Source: Cyanophyceae cyanobacterium | Lineage (GTDB): Bacteria; Cyanobacteriota; Cyanobacteriia; Cyanobacteriales; Laspinemataceae | Length of the DNA: 62,219 nucleotides | Direction: 5' to 3' | Assembly: GCA_038321985.1 (NCBI GenBank) | Contig: JBBQFN010000030.1 | Span: forward strand, 1 to 62,219 | In this document: positions 44,203 to 55,318 of the stretch, piece by piece | How the letters are laid out: each line of letters opens with the position of its first letter | Numbering within the stretch: the stretch's first letter is position 1 | Translations under genes and position numbers: made by a program | The notes under the pieces: model-generated | What the model saw: only the letters and a program-made list of their open reading frames with translations | Database searches by the model: none | Told to the model about the DNA's origin: nothing

Positions 44203-44216
44203 GTACGGTAGGCTAC
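44203..44216. promoter_or_regulatory. Possible NtcA box
   Basis: GTA-cggtaggc-TAC in the divergent region upstream of the UrtA-domain kinase; no -10 box at canonical spacing. Confidence 0.3.
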
Positions 44217-44408
44217 CGAAATACCCCTTAAACCAGGGTTACAAAAATGGTTCGGGCGTTCTGGAGATGATGGTAACGTTACTGATCTAATCTAGCAGCG
44301 ATCGCTATCACCTACACAACAAGTCCGCACCCCAGGCGAAACTCGTCAAAATCCCTAGAAAGCGCCTATAGTAGTTATCTGCTGCTAATTTTATCACAGA
44401 GGTTATTC

Positions 44409-45170
44409 ATGCCCCGGTTTCGCTTTATTTCTTTGGCTTTAGCTTGCTGTTTGATACTGGGTTTTGGATTGTTTGGTTGTACCAGCCCTAATAATACGAG
44501 TGCCAATCCCCAACTCGAAGCGCAAGTCTTGGAGATTATTCGCAAGAATCCTCAAGTCATCGTGGAATCAGTGCAAGCGTATCAAGAGAGTCAGCAAAAT
44601 GATGTCCAGCAAGCAAGGCAGACTTTCTTACAACAGATGAGCACCACTCCAGGTGCGATTATCGGGAATTCTCCGGTAAAAGGTGCGCCTGAGAAAAATA
44701 TCGTTATTGTCGAATTTTCTGATTTTCAATGCCCGTTTTGTGCCAAAGCTCACGAAACGGTAAACCAGTTTATGGATAAGCATCAGAGTGAGGTCACTTT
44801 AACCTACAAACATTTACCTTTGACTCAGATTCATACCCAAGCACTTCCGGCGGCTAAAGCGGCGTGGGCTGCGGGACAACAGGGTAAATTCTGGGAATAT
44901 CATGATGCATTATTTCAGCAGCAAGAGCAACTGGCGGAGTCGTTATATGGTACGATCGCCCAAACGTTAAATTTAGATTTAGAGAAGTTTAACAGCGATC
45001 GCCAAAGTCCAACCGCCCAGGCTGCTATTGAGGAAGACCTCATGCTCGCCCGCAAATTAGGAATTAATGGAACCCCGTTCTTTTTCATGAATGAAGAACC
45101 CTTTTCTGGGGCGGTCGAATTGTCGGAAATGGAAACTATTTTAGCCCGAATTAAAAGTGCTGGGAGATAG
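44409..45170 (+). CDS. DsbA-family thiol-disulfide oxidoreductase, probable lipoprotein
   Basis: LFGC lipobox-like; EFSDFQCPFC; GINGTP. Confidence 0.9.
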   Translation: MPRFRFISLALACCLILGFGLFGCTSPNNTSANPQLEAQVLEIIRKNPQVIVESVQAYQESQQNDVQQARQTFLQQMSTTPGAIIGNSPVKGAPEKNIVIVEFSDFQCPFCAKAHETVNQFMDKHQSEVTLTYKHLPLTQIHTQALPAAKAAWAAGQQGKFWEYHDALFQQQEQLAESLYGTIAQTLNLDLEKFNSDRQSPTAQAAIEEDLMLARKLGINGTPFFFMNEEPFSGAVELSEMETILARIKSAGR

Positions 45171-46160
45171 ATTATTCCCTAAATCCCACCCCGCGCCCAC
45201 CCAGTTTGTTCCCCAGTAAAAACAAACCGGATAATCCAGTTCCTTATCCCTCCTTTACGGGTAATTCCCCCAACTTAAAACCCTTTAAACGGGCTGAGGT
45301 TATCTAAGGAATGGGACAGGATATACGGGGCAAAATCACGGCTAACGGGACACAAAATCCTTTTTAGCGACCTATAAAAGCTAACCGTTCGTTCTAACTT
45401 TTCAGCCAGTTGGGGCGAATTTTTTCTAGACAGTACCTAAATAAATGGGGCAAGAAAACAATCTTGAAAGTGTTTCAGGTAACTGGGTTCAGGAAGCAGG
45501 AAAGCAAGTTTTTCGGTGGAAGCAAGGTTAACTGGAGTTCCCTAGCCCTGGAAAGGGCAAGGGTCCCGGGGGATAATAGGGCATGGCGATCGGGGCAACA
45601 GCCCTCAAGGGCCATAGCGTCTCCCCCTAAGGTTATAAATAGCGCGATCGCTGTCGGATCGCAACTTTGATGGCAGTTTTTCCGCTATAATCCCATAACC
45701 CTAATTTTCTGGGGAGACCCGATTAAAGGCAACATCCTACCCAATCGAGTCCGGCCAATTATAATTGGAGATAATCCTCCGGTTGCAAAAAAATTTCTCG
45801 TGCGATCGCCGGTGTTCTACAACAGACAGTCCCGATGAACAAAGGGGGATTCAGGGTGCATCAACCCCCTAACGTTCACAAATTCCCGCTTCGGCAGTTG
45901 TAACTTGCCGTTGACTCCATAAACTTAGGTTTTTTGGGTGACGTGATGGCGATCTCAACGGATAACCTAACCCATTGCCTTTCGGGATCGAGAAGCCTCA
46001 GGGAATACCGCTATTGCCTCCGGTGATGTAGGCACCCTAGATAAAAGCCAAATGCGATCGGTTGTTTTATCGGACGCGATTTCATCCCCGTTCCCCGACT
46101 CGATCTCAGCCGAGGATTCGTGTCTTTTCAACCCTATTCAGATCTGAGATACCGTAACTT

Positions 46161-47483
46161 ATGACCAGTGGCGCTTTACCCAATGGGCGGCAGCCAGATT
46201 CCCCCAATCTGGACGGGCAGCCCACTCCCCTTTATAAAAATGAAGAAATTATTTATAGCTTTTTCCTAACTCTTGTCAAGACGACTTCTCCCGAAATCGT
46301 CAGCGTTGAGTTTAAAACTTTATTCATTGATTTTGTAAATACTGATAAAAATACCGAACCTTGGAACGTCCTTTTTCGGATTATTTATGCTGAAGATGAA
46401 GACAAATTTCATAAAATTCTGAATCGCTGTTGTTACATTTTAGTCAATAACTGGCAATCGAGTCGAAACAATGGTGCTATTCAAGACCTGATTCAAATGT
46501 TTCAGGACCAAACCCTGGAAACCTATACGGCTTCTATGAGTTTGCACCGCCTCCGAAGCTGGCTCGTTAATTTTTCTAATAGCGAAGATTATAAAGCCCT
46601 GAAACTGTTTGCCTCTCGTACAGAAGACGGTCCCTGGAGTCATCGCTATTCTAGTTATTTACTCACCCATCAATCTGTATTTGGCAAATCCAAAGAACAA
46701 AAAGAAGCTGCCAAAGCCCTCTCCCGACAACTCAAAGAACGGTTTAAATTTGATTTAGCTATGTACACCGCACGGTCCCAAGCCGCAATTGTCCGTCCGG
46801 AACTCCCTAACCAAAATCCGACCGGCTTGGGCAGCGATGTACTCAGACTGATTAAAACCGTGGTCGCTAAACGAGGACCTTACAGTTATGTAAATTTAGC
46901 CAACATTTTCGTAAATCAAACTCAAGGTATTTCTTATAAAGGGTTTAAAATTGCGTTAAAAAAATATTTAATATTCTCCGTAGAACACCAAACTTTTGTA
47001 GATACGATTAACAATAAATTGTCTCACAAATTATTGAGCCTCGGCCAAAATCATGATGATGAAATATTAACCCCCGCCTTGCTGGAAACAACCTGTAAAA
47101 AAACCATTGAATTTTTAACAACAGAAACCGGCAAAGAACCGTCCTTGCTGTTTATCCTGTTATTGGCAAACGGTAATCCCATGACCCTAGCGATCGTGCT
47201 GTTGAAGCTCGTTTTAATCTGTAAATCCTGTTCCCCTCACTTAGAAGCCTGTTTAGCTAATTTAATCCGCTACTATGAGGAACAGTCTCAACAGGAATGC
47301 AAATGGCTGATCAACTTTTTAGAAGTGGTGCGAATTACATTTGCCATTTATGCCGAAAATGTAGAGTATAATTTAGTGAGATATGACGGAGATATGACCA
47401 CAGGATTCTCGGATAGTGAGAACGAAAGTTACCGGATATTTTCTTCGGTGAAGCACCCGACACCTGAGGCAGAAGCGGAGTAA
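46161..47483 (+). CDS. Hypothetical alpha-helical protein
   Basis: 440 aa uninterrupted ORF; no recognisable catalytic motif. Confidence 0.8.
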   Translation: MTSGALPNGRQPDSPNLDGQPTPLYKNEEIIYSFFLTLVKTTSPEIVSVEFKTLFIDFVNTDKNTEPWNVLFRIIYAEDEDKFHKILNRCCYILVNNWQSSRNNGAIQDLIQMFQDQTLETYTASMSLHRLRSWLVNFSNSEDYKALKLFASRTEDGPWSHRYSSYLLTHQSVFGKSKEQKEAAKALSRQLKERFKFDLAMYTARSQAAIVRPELPNQNPTGLGSDVLRLIKTVVAKRGPYSYVNLANIFVNQTQGISYKGFKIALKKYLIFSVEHQTFVDTINNKLSHKLLSLGQNHDDEILTPALLETTCKKTIEFLTTETGKEPSLLFILLLANGNPMTLAIVLLKLVLICKSCSPHLEACLANLIRYYEEQSQQECKWLINFLEVVRITFAIYAENVEYNLVRYDGDMTTGFSDSENESYRIFSSVKHPTPEAEAE

Positions 47484-47549
47484 AGGATTAGAACGCTTTC
47501 CGTTGGGATTGCGTTAAACTTTGGCGATACCTTACATAATTTGATATTC

Positions 47550-49928
47550 ATGCTTTCACCCCAAACCCAGATCCCGAATCCGCCTTCACCCCTTGCCACA
47601 ACTGCCCTGGATGTGGGGGGGATGAAATGTGCGGGTTGCGTTCAAGCCGTAGAACGCCAACTCACACAACAAGCCGGTGTGATTTCTGTCCGGGTCAATT
47701 TGGTAACGGAAATGGCGGCAGTGGAGTACGAACCGGACAGAATAGACCCGGGTCAACTGGCCCAGAAATTGACCGCATCGGGATTTCCCACCCAACTGCG
47801 TTGTGCGACTCCCGATTCATCCGCACAGGTCGCCTATCGCGATCGCCAGCGCCAGTCCATTCGCACTTCCATCTGGAATCTGGCGATCGCCACCGTCTTA
47901 ATCCTCCTCTCGGGTCTGGGTCATCTCGGCCATCTCGGATTCCTGAATCAAATCGCATTCCATTGGGCCTTAGCAACTGCCGCCCTCGCCATTCCAGGTC
48001 GTCCCATCCTGATCGAAGGGGGACGCGCCTTGTGGCGCAAAGCCCCCAATATGAATACCCTGGTCGGATTAGGGGCGCTGAGTGCCTATCTCGCCAGTTG
48101 TATCGCCTTCCTCTTTCCCCAACTTAAATGGGAATGCTTTTTCGATGAACCTGTGATGTTACTGGGGTTTATCCTCCTCGGTCGCACCTTAGAACAACTG
48201 GCAAGGCGTCGCGCCGCTGCCTCCTTGCAAGCCTTAATCTCCCTGAAACCCTCGACGGCCCGATTAATCATTACCCCTATCTATCCCCAGGCTGAGTCTG
48301 AACCGGCCAATAGTCCCCTGTCTACCCTAGAAATTAACGCCGATCGCGTCAAAGTTGGGGAATATGTCCAAGTCCTCCCCGGAGAAAAAATCCCGGTAGA
48401 TGGCGAACTCGTCCTGGGAAGTACCACCGTAGATGAGTCTATGTTGACCGGAGAATCCCTCCCCGTCGTCAAACAGAGGGGCGATGCAGTGGTCGGGGGT
48501 ACTCTCAATCAGTCAGGGGCCGTCGCTATCCGCGCCACCCGCATCGGCCAGGAAACGACCCTAGCCCAAATTGTCGCCTTAGTCGAAGACGCCCAAACCC
48601 GCAAAGCACCGATTCAGCACTTAGCTGATACCGTCGCCGGCTACTTTACCTACGGGGTGATCTCCATTGCCACCTTCACCTTTGCATTCTGGTACTGGAT
48701 TGGGACTCACCTGTTCCCCCAGGTGTTGCAACCCTCGGGTCATTTCACCTCCGTTTTACCGATGGGGACTCACCTGCATTCCGTGATGGAACCCACCTCG
48801 CCCTTGCTGTTGAGTTTAAAATTGGCGATCGCCGTCTTAGTCATTGCCTGCCCCTGTTCCCTAGGACTCGCCACCCCTACCGCCCTCCTAGTAGGGACCA
48901 GTCTCGGGGCAGAACGGGGGTTACTGATTCGGGGGGGAGATATTCTCGAAGCTGTGGCCCAAATTAATACCATTATTTTCGATAAAACGGGTACCCTAAC
49001 CACCGGCGAACCGGAAGTCACCGATTGTTTATCGGTTGCCAATGTTGATGCTGCCGAAATTCTGCAACTTGCCGCCACCGTGGAAAGCGGGGCCAATCAT
49101 CCTCTCGCCAAAGCCATTTTAATGGAGTCCAGAATACGCAATCTACCCTTACTTAGTGGCGATCGCTTTCAGACAGAACCTGGATGTGGTGTTGCGGCAA
49201 GGGTGGGGAATACCTCGGTGATTTTGGGAACCGAGGACTGGTTAACGCAACAGGGGATCAACATTTCCCCAGACTGGAGTTCCCAGACTCGGGAACTCGC
49301 CGAGTCCGGTAAAACCGTCGTTTTAGTGGGGAAAGCCGGAGTATTAATCGGGGCGATCGCCGTGCGCGATCGCCTGCGAGATGATGCTCAATTAACCTTA
49401 GATGCTTGTCGAGAAATGGGATTACGAGTGATGATGATAACCGGCGATCGCCCCGAAGTTGCCCAGGCGATCGGTCAATCCCTAGGACTGACTCCTGCCG
49501 ATATCCTTGCCGGAGTCTCCCCCGCCGGTAAAGCTGCCGCTATTGTCCACCTGCAATCCCAGGGTCAGCGCGTGGCAATGGTGGGAGATGGCATTAATGA
49601 TGCTCCTGCCTTAGCTCAAGCTAATATTGGTATCAGTTTAAATGCCGCCACCGACGTCGCCGTAGAAACCGCAGGCATTGTCCTGATGCGCGATTCTCTC
49701 CTCGATGTGGTTAGTTCCATCCAACTCAGTCGCGCTACCTTGCGCAAAATTCGGCAAAATTTGTTTTGGGCCTTTGCTTACAATACCCTGGGCATTCCCG
49801 TCGCTGCGGGTCTACTCCTGCCCCTGTGGGGAATTTTATTAAATCCGGCCACTGCCGGTGCTTTCATGGCCTTTAGTTCCGTTAGCGTCGTCACCAATTC
49901 CCTACTGTTGCGTCGCACTCAGGGATGA
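47550..49928 (+). CDS. Cu(I)-transporting P1B-type ATPase (CtaA/PAA1-like)
   Basis: [32 protein letters not shown]...MAFSS. Confidence 0.92.
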   Translation: MLSPQTQIPNPPSPLATTALDVGGMKCAGCVQAVERQLTQQAGVISVRVNLVTEMAAVEYEPDRIDPGQLAQKLTASGFPTQLRCATPDSSAQVAYRDRQRQSIRTSIWNLAIATVLILLSGLGHLGHLGFLNQIAFHWALATAALAIPGRPILIEGGRALWRKAPNMNTLVGLGALSAYLASCIAFLFPQLKWECFFDEPVMLLGFILLGRTLEQLARRRAAASLQALISLKPSTARLIITPIYPQAESEPANSPLSTLEINADRVKVGEYVQVLPGEKIPVDGELVLGSTTVDESMLTGESLPVVKQRGDAVVGGTLNQSGAVAIRATRIGQETTLAQIVALVEDAQTRKAPIQHLADTVAGYFTYGVISIATFTFAFWYWIGTHLFPQVLQPSGHFTSVLPMGTHLHSVMEPTSPLLLSLKLAIAVLVIACPCSLGLATPTALLVGTSLGAERGLLIRGGDILEAVAQINTIIFDKTGTLTTGEPEVTDCLSVANVDAAEILQLAATVESGANHPLAKAILMESRIRNLPLLSGDRFQTEPGCGVAARVGNTSVILGTEDWLTQQGINISPDWSSQTRELAESGKTVVLVGKAGVLIGAIAVRDRLRDDAQLTLDACREMGLRVMMITGDRPEVAQAIGQSLGLTPADILAGVSPAGKAAAIVHLQSQGQRVAMVGDGINDAPALAQANIGISLNAATDVAVETAGIVLMRDSLLDVVSSIQLSRATLRKIRQNLFWAFAYNTLGIPVAAGLLLPLWGILLNPATAGAFMAFSSVSVVTNSLLLRRTQG

Positions 49929-50055
49929 TGACCCCCTCTAACTCCCTTTTCAGATAGGGGCGGATGAAAAAGAGGGCTGAATGCTCACTCCCCCATTCAA
50001 CCCTCCCTAATTTTGAATCCTTTCCTATCACCCCTAATTGGCAGCCATACCCGGA

Positions 50056-50403
50056 TTAACTAGCAGCAGTTTCCAGAAGCTGCCAATACCGATTTTCGGC
50101 GATCGCCTCGGAGAGGAGATTGAACATTTGCCGACACCGATTGTCTAAGTGCAGCGGCAATTCTTCATTTTTCATCACTACACTCATTCGCACTTCATCT
50201 TCGACCGAAGCCTTTCTATCAATTAAAACTTCAACGGTCACTAACCGGGTATAAGGAACCTCTCCAGCTTGCTCCCGCGCCATAATATAATCCCCGGTTT
50301 CGTAAATAATATTCAAGTTCGCATCTTGTAAAATTTCTCCCAGCAAGGGCCGGAAATTTTCGGGGGGAACTGCAAGGATAAATAAGCCAGTGTAGCGAGC
50401 CAT
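50056..50403 (-). CDS. Conserved hypothetical protein
   Basis: 115 aa ORF; MARYT...DYIMARE...LVTVEVLID...KNEELPL pattern seen in cyanobacterial proteins. Confidence 0.75.
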   Translation of the reverse strand: MARYTGLFILAVPPENFRPLLGEILQDANLNIIYETGDYIMAREQAGEVPYTRLVTVEVLIDRKASVEDEVRMSVVMKNEELPLHLDNRCRQMFNLLSEAIAENRYWQLLETAAS

Positions 50404-50788
50404 AGGTAGATAGGGGCGTTCGACTTTTTAATTCTCCTAATCATACCGAATTAAGACTCGGAATTCAGGATGATGAAGAGATGTACATTTTTTAGGGGCT
50501 TTTTTACTCCCTTGTTTTCTTCAGCGCAGAGCGAAATCTAGGGTGCTAATTTTTAGACTTGCCAAGGGTGATTAACCCCAAGGCTAAACTTCCTCAAGTC
50601 TAAAAAGCGTGGTATTCGTGATAGTAAATGCTTTTTTTAAGGAGGTCAACTGTAGGGGGTCAAAGGTTAAAGAATTAAACCTGTTGCATCCCTCTCCAAT
50701 CTCCCCAGACCCTGGGAAAAATTTACGGTTCGTCCCTCATCCTTCGTGATTAATGAAGCGCAATTCTACGGATGGGGTTTTAAAAATA

Positions 50789-50976
50789 GGAGCTGACCGC
50801 AACGCCGTCTTACCTCAGCTTCTGACCTGGAAAACCAGGTGGGCACCGTGGCTCATAGCTTTACGTTTCCGGATACTATGTCCGGTTTACGGCCACTAGA
50901 ACTCTACGATTCCCTTATAAATTAAGGCATAGATCATAAAACACTATTGGCAGTCACCAACGCTGCAGTTCAGCTT
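50789..50976 (-). ncRNA. ssrS: 6S RNA
   Basis: About 188 nt; ends pair (AGCUGAACUGCAGCGUU / GGCGUUGCGGUCAGCU); internal hairpin ACCUGG-UUUU-CCAGGU; -10 TACAAT at 50981-50986; directly downstream of purK, the known cyanobacterial context. Confidence 0.9.
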
Positions 50977-51028
50977 CTTCATTGTAATCTATTTCCGTGA
51001 AATGACAAGGGGGTGTCTCGGGAATAAT

Positions 51029-52204
51029 TTAAGGGTGGGGATACCAGATGGACTCAATCTGCTGGGCAAGTTCCTGACATTGCCGCTGTAAGCCGTTCCC
51101 GGAGGTTTCCTGGACGATCGCCGTGACGTGACCCATTTTGCGACCGGGACGGGATTGGCGCTTGCCATACCAATACAGGTAAGCACCGGGAATAGCCCTC
51201 AGTTGCTGCTGTTTGGAAGAATAGTCGTCCTCCGTCTCCTCATAACCGAGCAAATTCACCATGACGGCACCGGCACAGTTGAGGGTGGCAGGGGTCAAGG
51301 GTAAATTACAGACAGCCCTCAAATGCATTTCAAACTGAGAGGTATGGCAGGCATTCAGGGTTAAATGGCCGCTGTTATGGGTACGTGGGGCGATTTCATT
51401 GACCAGGAGTTGACCCTGGGCCGTGAGAAACAGTTCAATCCCAAAGATGCCTACAACGTCTAATGCAGACAGCAAGCGATGGGCAAGGGCCTGGACTTGA
51501 GCGTTGACCTCGGGGGTGATATCCGCTGGGGCGATCGCCCGACGGCAAACTTGCGCTTCCTGCTGGGTTTCTACCACCGGATAAATTGCCACCTCACCGG
51601 CGGAGTTTCGGGCTGCCATGACCGCCAATTCGCGCTCAAAGGGAATGAATTCTTCCAGCAAAACGGGAGGGCGACCCCAGCGTTCCCAGGTAGACAGCAG
51701 GGTTTGGCGATCGCCACAAATTGCCGTTCCCTGCCCATCATAGCCATGACGCCGCGCTTTCATGACCACTTTTTCCGTGGGTAGGTCCTGGGTTGGAGGG
51801 AGTTCGGTTCCGTCAAAGGCCATAAATTGGGGAACGGGTAACCCCAGCGATCGCAGATAACAGCGTTGTTCATACTTATCTAAAATTGGCGCTAAAACCG
51901 AGAGTCGCGGGCGAAAGCAGACCCCTTGCCGTTCTAACTCCGATAAAGCCGTTAAATCCACAAACTCGTTTTCAAACGTAATCACATCGCAGCGTTGAGC
52001 AAGTTGAGCCGTGGCCCTGGCATCATCAATGGGCGCTAAAATCACCTCGTCCGCTGTAGCGGCTGCGGGGTCGCTATTTTGGGGAGTCTGAACCACAAGT
52101 TCGATCCCGAGTCTCTCAGCGGCATCCGCCATCATCCAGGCCAATTGACCGCCACCTATTACCCCAACCCGGTTTATTTTTTGAGTTTGATCGATCTGGC
52201 TCAT
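51029..52204 (-). CDS. purK: N5-carboxyaminoimidazole ribonucleotide synthase
   Basis: GVIGGGQLAWM, TFENE, GYDGQG, NEIAPRTHNSGH, RKMGH. Confidence 0.95.
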   Translation of the reverse strand: MSQIDQTQKINRVGVIGGGQLAWMMADAAERLGIELVVQTPQNSDPAAATADEVILAPIDDARATAQLAQRCDVITFENEFVDLTALSELERQGVCFRPRLSVLAPILDKYEQRCYLRSLGLPVPQFMAFDGTELPPTQDLPTEKVVMKARRHGYDGQGTAICGDRQTLLSTWERWGRPPVLLEEFIPFERELAVMAARNSAGEVAIYPVVETQQEAQVCRRAIAPADITPEVNAQVQALAHRLLSALDVVGIFGIELFLTAQGQLLVNEIAPRTHNSGHLTLNACHTSQFEMHLRAVCNLPLTPATLNCAGAVMVNLLGYEETEDDYSSKQQQLRAIPGAYLYWYGKRQSRPGRKMGHVTAIVQETSGNGLQRQCQELAQQIESIWYPHP

Positions 52205-52457
52205 TGTCAAGTCAAGTTTCTCCGTTTCTGTCTATTTCTAGTGTTTCAGAAAAATCGAACCCTGAACCCTTTCCCCTCTTAATTTTATTTTATAGAAAAA
52301 TCCTCCAAGGTTGGCTAGGGGGAATGTTAATCAGGCTTTCTCCTGTACAAAATAGGACCCGGTGATGGCAAAATAAGAGCAAACCCAAGGGTTTAAGGGG
52401 GTGCTTCAGCCCGTAGTGCTGGTGCAATCCTACTCATGTATTAAGGAGATCGCAGAA

Positions 52458-53000
52458 ATGCTCAAACGAATGGCGACAATTATGGTGGTCGTACTTAGCC
52501 TGATCCTCAGCAGTTGTGCTGTCTCAGCGGCCAGTGGACTTAAAGCCCATATTGATACAGGGGATGGGTACGAGTTCCTCTATCCGAATGGCTGGGTGCC
52601 GGTGAAGCTAAACAACGGCCCGGATGTGGTTTATCACGATTTGATCAAAACCACGGAAAATGTGAGCGTGGTCGTCTCTGCGGTTCAGGATGGGAAAACT
52701 TTAAGCGAACTCGGTACTCCTACTGAAGTGGGTTATAAACTTTCTAAAAATGCGATCGCACCTCCAGGATCCGGTCGCGAAGCCGAATTAATTAATGCCG
52801 AACAGCGCGAAAAGGGAGCAAAGACTTATTATTTGTTGGAATATGCGGTGAAACTTCCCAACCAAGAGCGACATAATTTTGCCAGTGTTGCGGTCAGTCG
52901 CGGTAAACTCTTTACCTTAAACCTATCCACTTCTGAATCGCGATCGCAAAAATTGAAATCTGAGTTTCAAACGGTGGTCGATAGTTTCTCTGTTTATTAA
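52458..53000 (+). CDS. psbP: Photosystem II lipoprotein CyanoP
   Basis: Lipobox LSSC; DGYEFLYPNGW, ENVSVVV, GKLFTLN; followed by maf. Confidence 0.9.
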   Translation: MLKRMATIMVVVLSLILSSCAVSAASGLKAHIDTGDGYEFLYPNGWVPVKLNNGPDVVYHDLIKTTENVSVVVSAVQDGKTLSELGTPTEVGYKLSKNAIAPPGSGREAELINAEQREKGAKTYYLLEYAVKLPNQERHNFASVAVSRGKLFTLNLSTSESRSQKLKSEFQTVVDSFSVY

Positions 53001-53112
53001 AATAGAAGGGAATCGGAATTAAGAATTTCATTTAACTCCTTTCCTTAAGAGCAATAAAAACCGAAGATGCTCTGTGGCAATTTCCAGAATAATGGACCCG
53101 CAAAAATGAGTT

Positions 53113-53775
53113 ATGGGCATTCCTGCATTTGTATTAGCCTCTATTTCTCCGGCCCGTCTGCACCTGTTGCAAAGTGCGGGGATCGAACCCATTGTTTGTC
53201 GTAGTGACTTTGATGAATCAACGGTTACGTCAACGGATCCGGTAACTCTGGTGAACACCTTAGCCCAATGTAAGGCAGAGGCAGTAGTTGCTAAATTTAG
53301 GAATCCCGGCGATCGCACGGGGACCCTGGAAAACACACTCAACCCTTCCCCCGTTTTGGTGTTGGGTTGCGATTCAGTATTGCAGGTAGAGGGGGAAATT
53401 TACGGCAAACCGGAAACCCCAGCTGCGGCGATTCAACGATGGCAAAAAATGCGCGGTGGCGTGGGTGAACTTTACACAGGTCATGCCTTGCTGGATTTAC
53501 GCTCTACTCGTCAAGTGGTGCGCTGCCAAATGACCCGGGTGTACTTTGCCAATATCAGCGATCGCCAAATCGAAAACTATGTTGCCACGGAAGAACCCCT
53601 ACGATGTGCGGGTTGCTTTGCCATTGATGGACGCGGTGGACTTTTTGTGGAAAAATTGGAGGGATGCCATACCAATGTGATTGGCTTGAGTTTACCCTTA
53701 TTGCGGGTTCTTCTCGAAGAACTGGGCTACGATGTCACTGACTTTTGGCCCGACTCTATTCCTCGTTCTCTTTAA
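53113..53775 (+). CDS. maf: Maf-family nucleoside triphosphate pyrophosphatase
   Basis: [33 protein letters not shown]. Confidence 0.9.
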   Translation: MGIPAFVLASISPARLHLLQSAGIEPIVCRSDFDESTVTSTDPVTLVNTLAQCKAEAVVAKFRNPGDRTGTLENTLNPSPVLVLGCDSVLQVEGEIYGKPETPAAAIQRWQKMRGGVGELYTGHALLDLRSTRQVVRCQMTRVYFANISDRQIENYVATEEPLRCAGCFAIDGRGGLFVEKLEGCHTNVIGLSLPLLRVLLEELGYDVTDFWPDSIPRSL

Positions 53776-53838
53776 CTCGCTTAGAAAGAAAAAGGGGTTC
53801 GCCATTTTTTAGTTAAAAAACTCGAACCCCATTCTCTT

Positions 53839-54888
53839 TCAAAGCACCCCTTGATTCAGGAAATTTTGGATTTCGTTAGTCAGTTCAATAGAAGTGATTT
53901 CTTCCTGCTCTGGATTTTTATTGCTCTTACGAGGGTCATTTTTGGGATTCATTTTTCCAAATTTTTTAAGACAATACTCAGAAACCTCCGGAGAACCTAC
54001 GCGCAGTAGCATCCATTTTCCTAAAAGTCGCTGGACATTTTTATCTAATAAGATAGCTGGGTGTAAGCGAATCGCTTTTTGCAAATTCTCCCATCCGCTT
54101 TTCAGTTTGTCCGCATCCGGGGTATGGGTTACGCAGATTCGGGCCAAATATTGATAGGTATTGGCTAAGCTATGTGCTTTCAGTCCTTGCAGTTCAGCCG
54201 GAGCGTTTGCAAAGGCCCGATTGATGACCATTAAGCTATATTTCTCCATCACATCAATTTTAGAAGCCATTGATGTAGCAGACTGTCGGTACAGAATTTG
54301 ATAGTGTGGTACGACAACAAAAGCCCATTTAGCCGCGACTCGCAACCAATAATCCCAATCTTCGATAGATTTAAGGCTGGGATCAAACCCTCCCACGGAT
54401 TTAACGGTAGAGGCACGCAGCATCACATTAGAACCCGAGGTAATGAAATTACCGATTAATAATTGTGGGTAAACATTGCCTTCTAGATAGGAGGGAAGAT
54501 CTTGGCTAAAGGATTTCCCTTCGCTATCCATAAAGCAAGTCCAGCTATAAGCCAGTCCTGCCGCAGGATTTTTTTGTAATGCAGCAACCTGACTCTCTAA
54601 TTTATCGGGTGTCCACAAATCGTCGGCATCCATGAAGGTAATAAACTCTCCCGTCGCGCGTTTAATTCCGCGATTTCGGGCCTCAGGTAGTCCTCCATTT
54701 TCATAAGAATATACTTGTACTCTTGGGTCCCGGACCCCCTCGATCACCTGCAAGGTGTTATCGGTAGACCCATCATTAATAATGATCAGCTCAAAATCGG
54801 AAAAAGTTTGTTTTAAAATAGAGTCAATCGTATCCCGAATCGTTTTGGAAACATTGTAGGCAGGTACGACAACAGAGACTAATGGCAT
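53839..54888 (-). CDS. Family 2 glycosyltransferase
   Basis: VSVVVPAYN, INDGSTD, ARNRG, DADD, EDWD. Confidence 0.92.
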   Translation of the reverse strand: MPLVSVVVPAYNVSKTIRDTIDSILKQTFSDFELIIINDGSTDNTLQVIEGVRDPRVQVYSYENGGLPEARNRGIKRATGEFITFMDADDLWTPDKLESQVAALQKNPAAGLAYSWTCFMDSEGKSFSQDLPSYLEGNVYPQLLIGNFITSGSNVMLRASTVKSVGGFDPSLKSIEDWDYWLRVAAKWAFVVVPHYQILYRQSATSMASKIDVMEKYSLMVINRAFANAPAELQGLKAHSLANTYQYLARICVTHTPDADKLKSGWENLQKAIRLHPAILLDKNVQRLLGKWMLLRVGSPEVSEYCLKKFGKMNPKNDPRKSNKNPEQEEITSIELTNEIQNFLNQGVL

Positions 54889-55318
54889 GATACTTTACCC
54901 CTAATTTAACGCCTGATTGATTGGATTATTCTGAAAAATGTGCAGATTTTTTTTGAGCGGGCTAGGGTACTTTCCACGGAGGGAAATTACAGAATATTTT
55001 CGGAATTTTTAGAGATTTCTGGAGCTTATACATAGGTCATTCCCTGGGTTTGGGGATTAATTTCATGGATTAAACTTATCAAGAATTTTCAGGTTTGTTT
55101 AGTAAAATTTTAAGGTAAATTTTTAACCAATTTTACTAAACCTTTTTCCTTCTAATTTGGTAATTTTTTACTCGTAATTATGGGGGTGAGCAACCTTGCC
55201 CTAAATTTTGACAGTTGTTTCACTTAACCCCCCGGGCTGCCTCCCCTTGCCCTTTTAAACTTAGGCTGTTATTCAGCCAAGTTTTACAAGAGTATGGGGA
55301 GATGGAGAGGCCCAAATT

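Noticed and set aside
45410..45670. 86-aa ORF in the long intergenic region
   Set aside because: TTG start, no motifs; likely spurious
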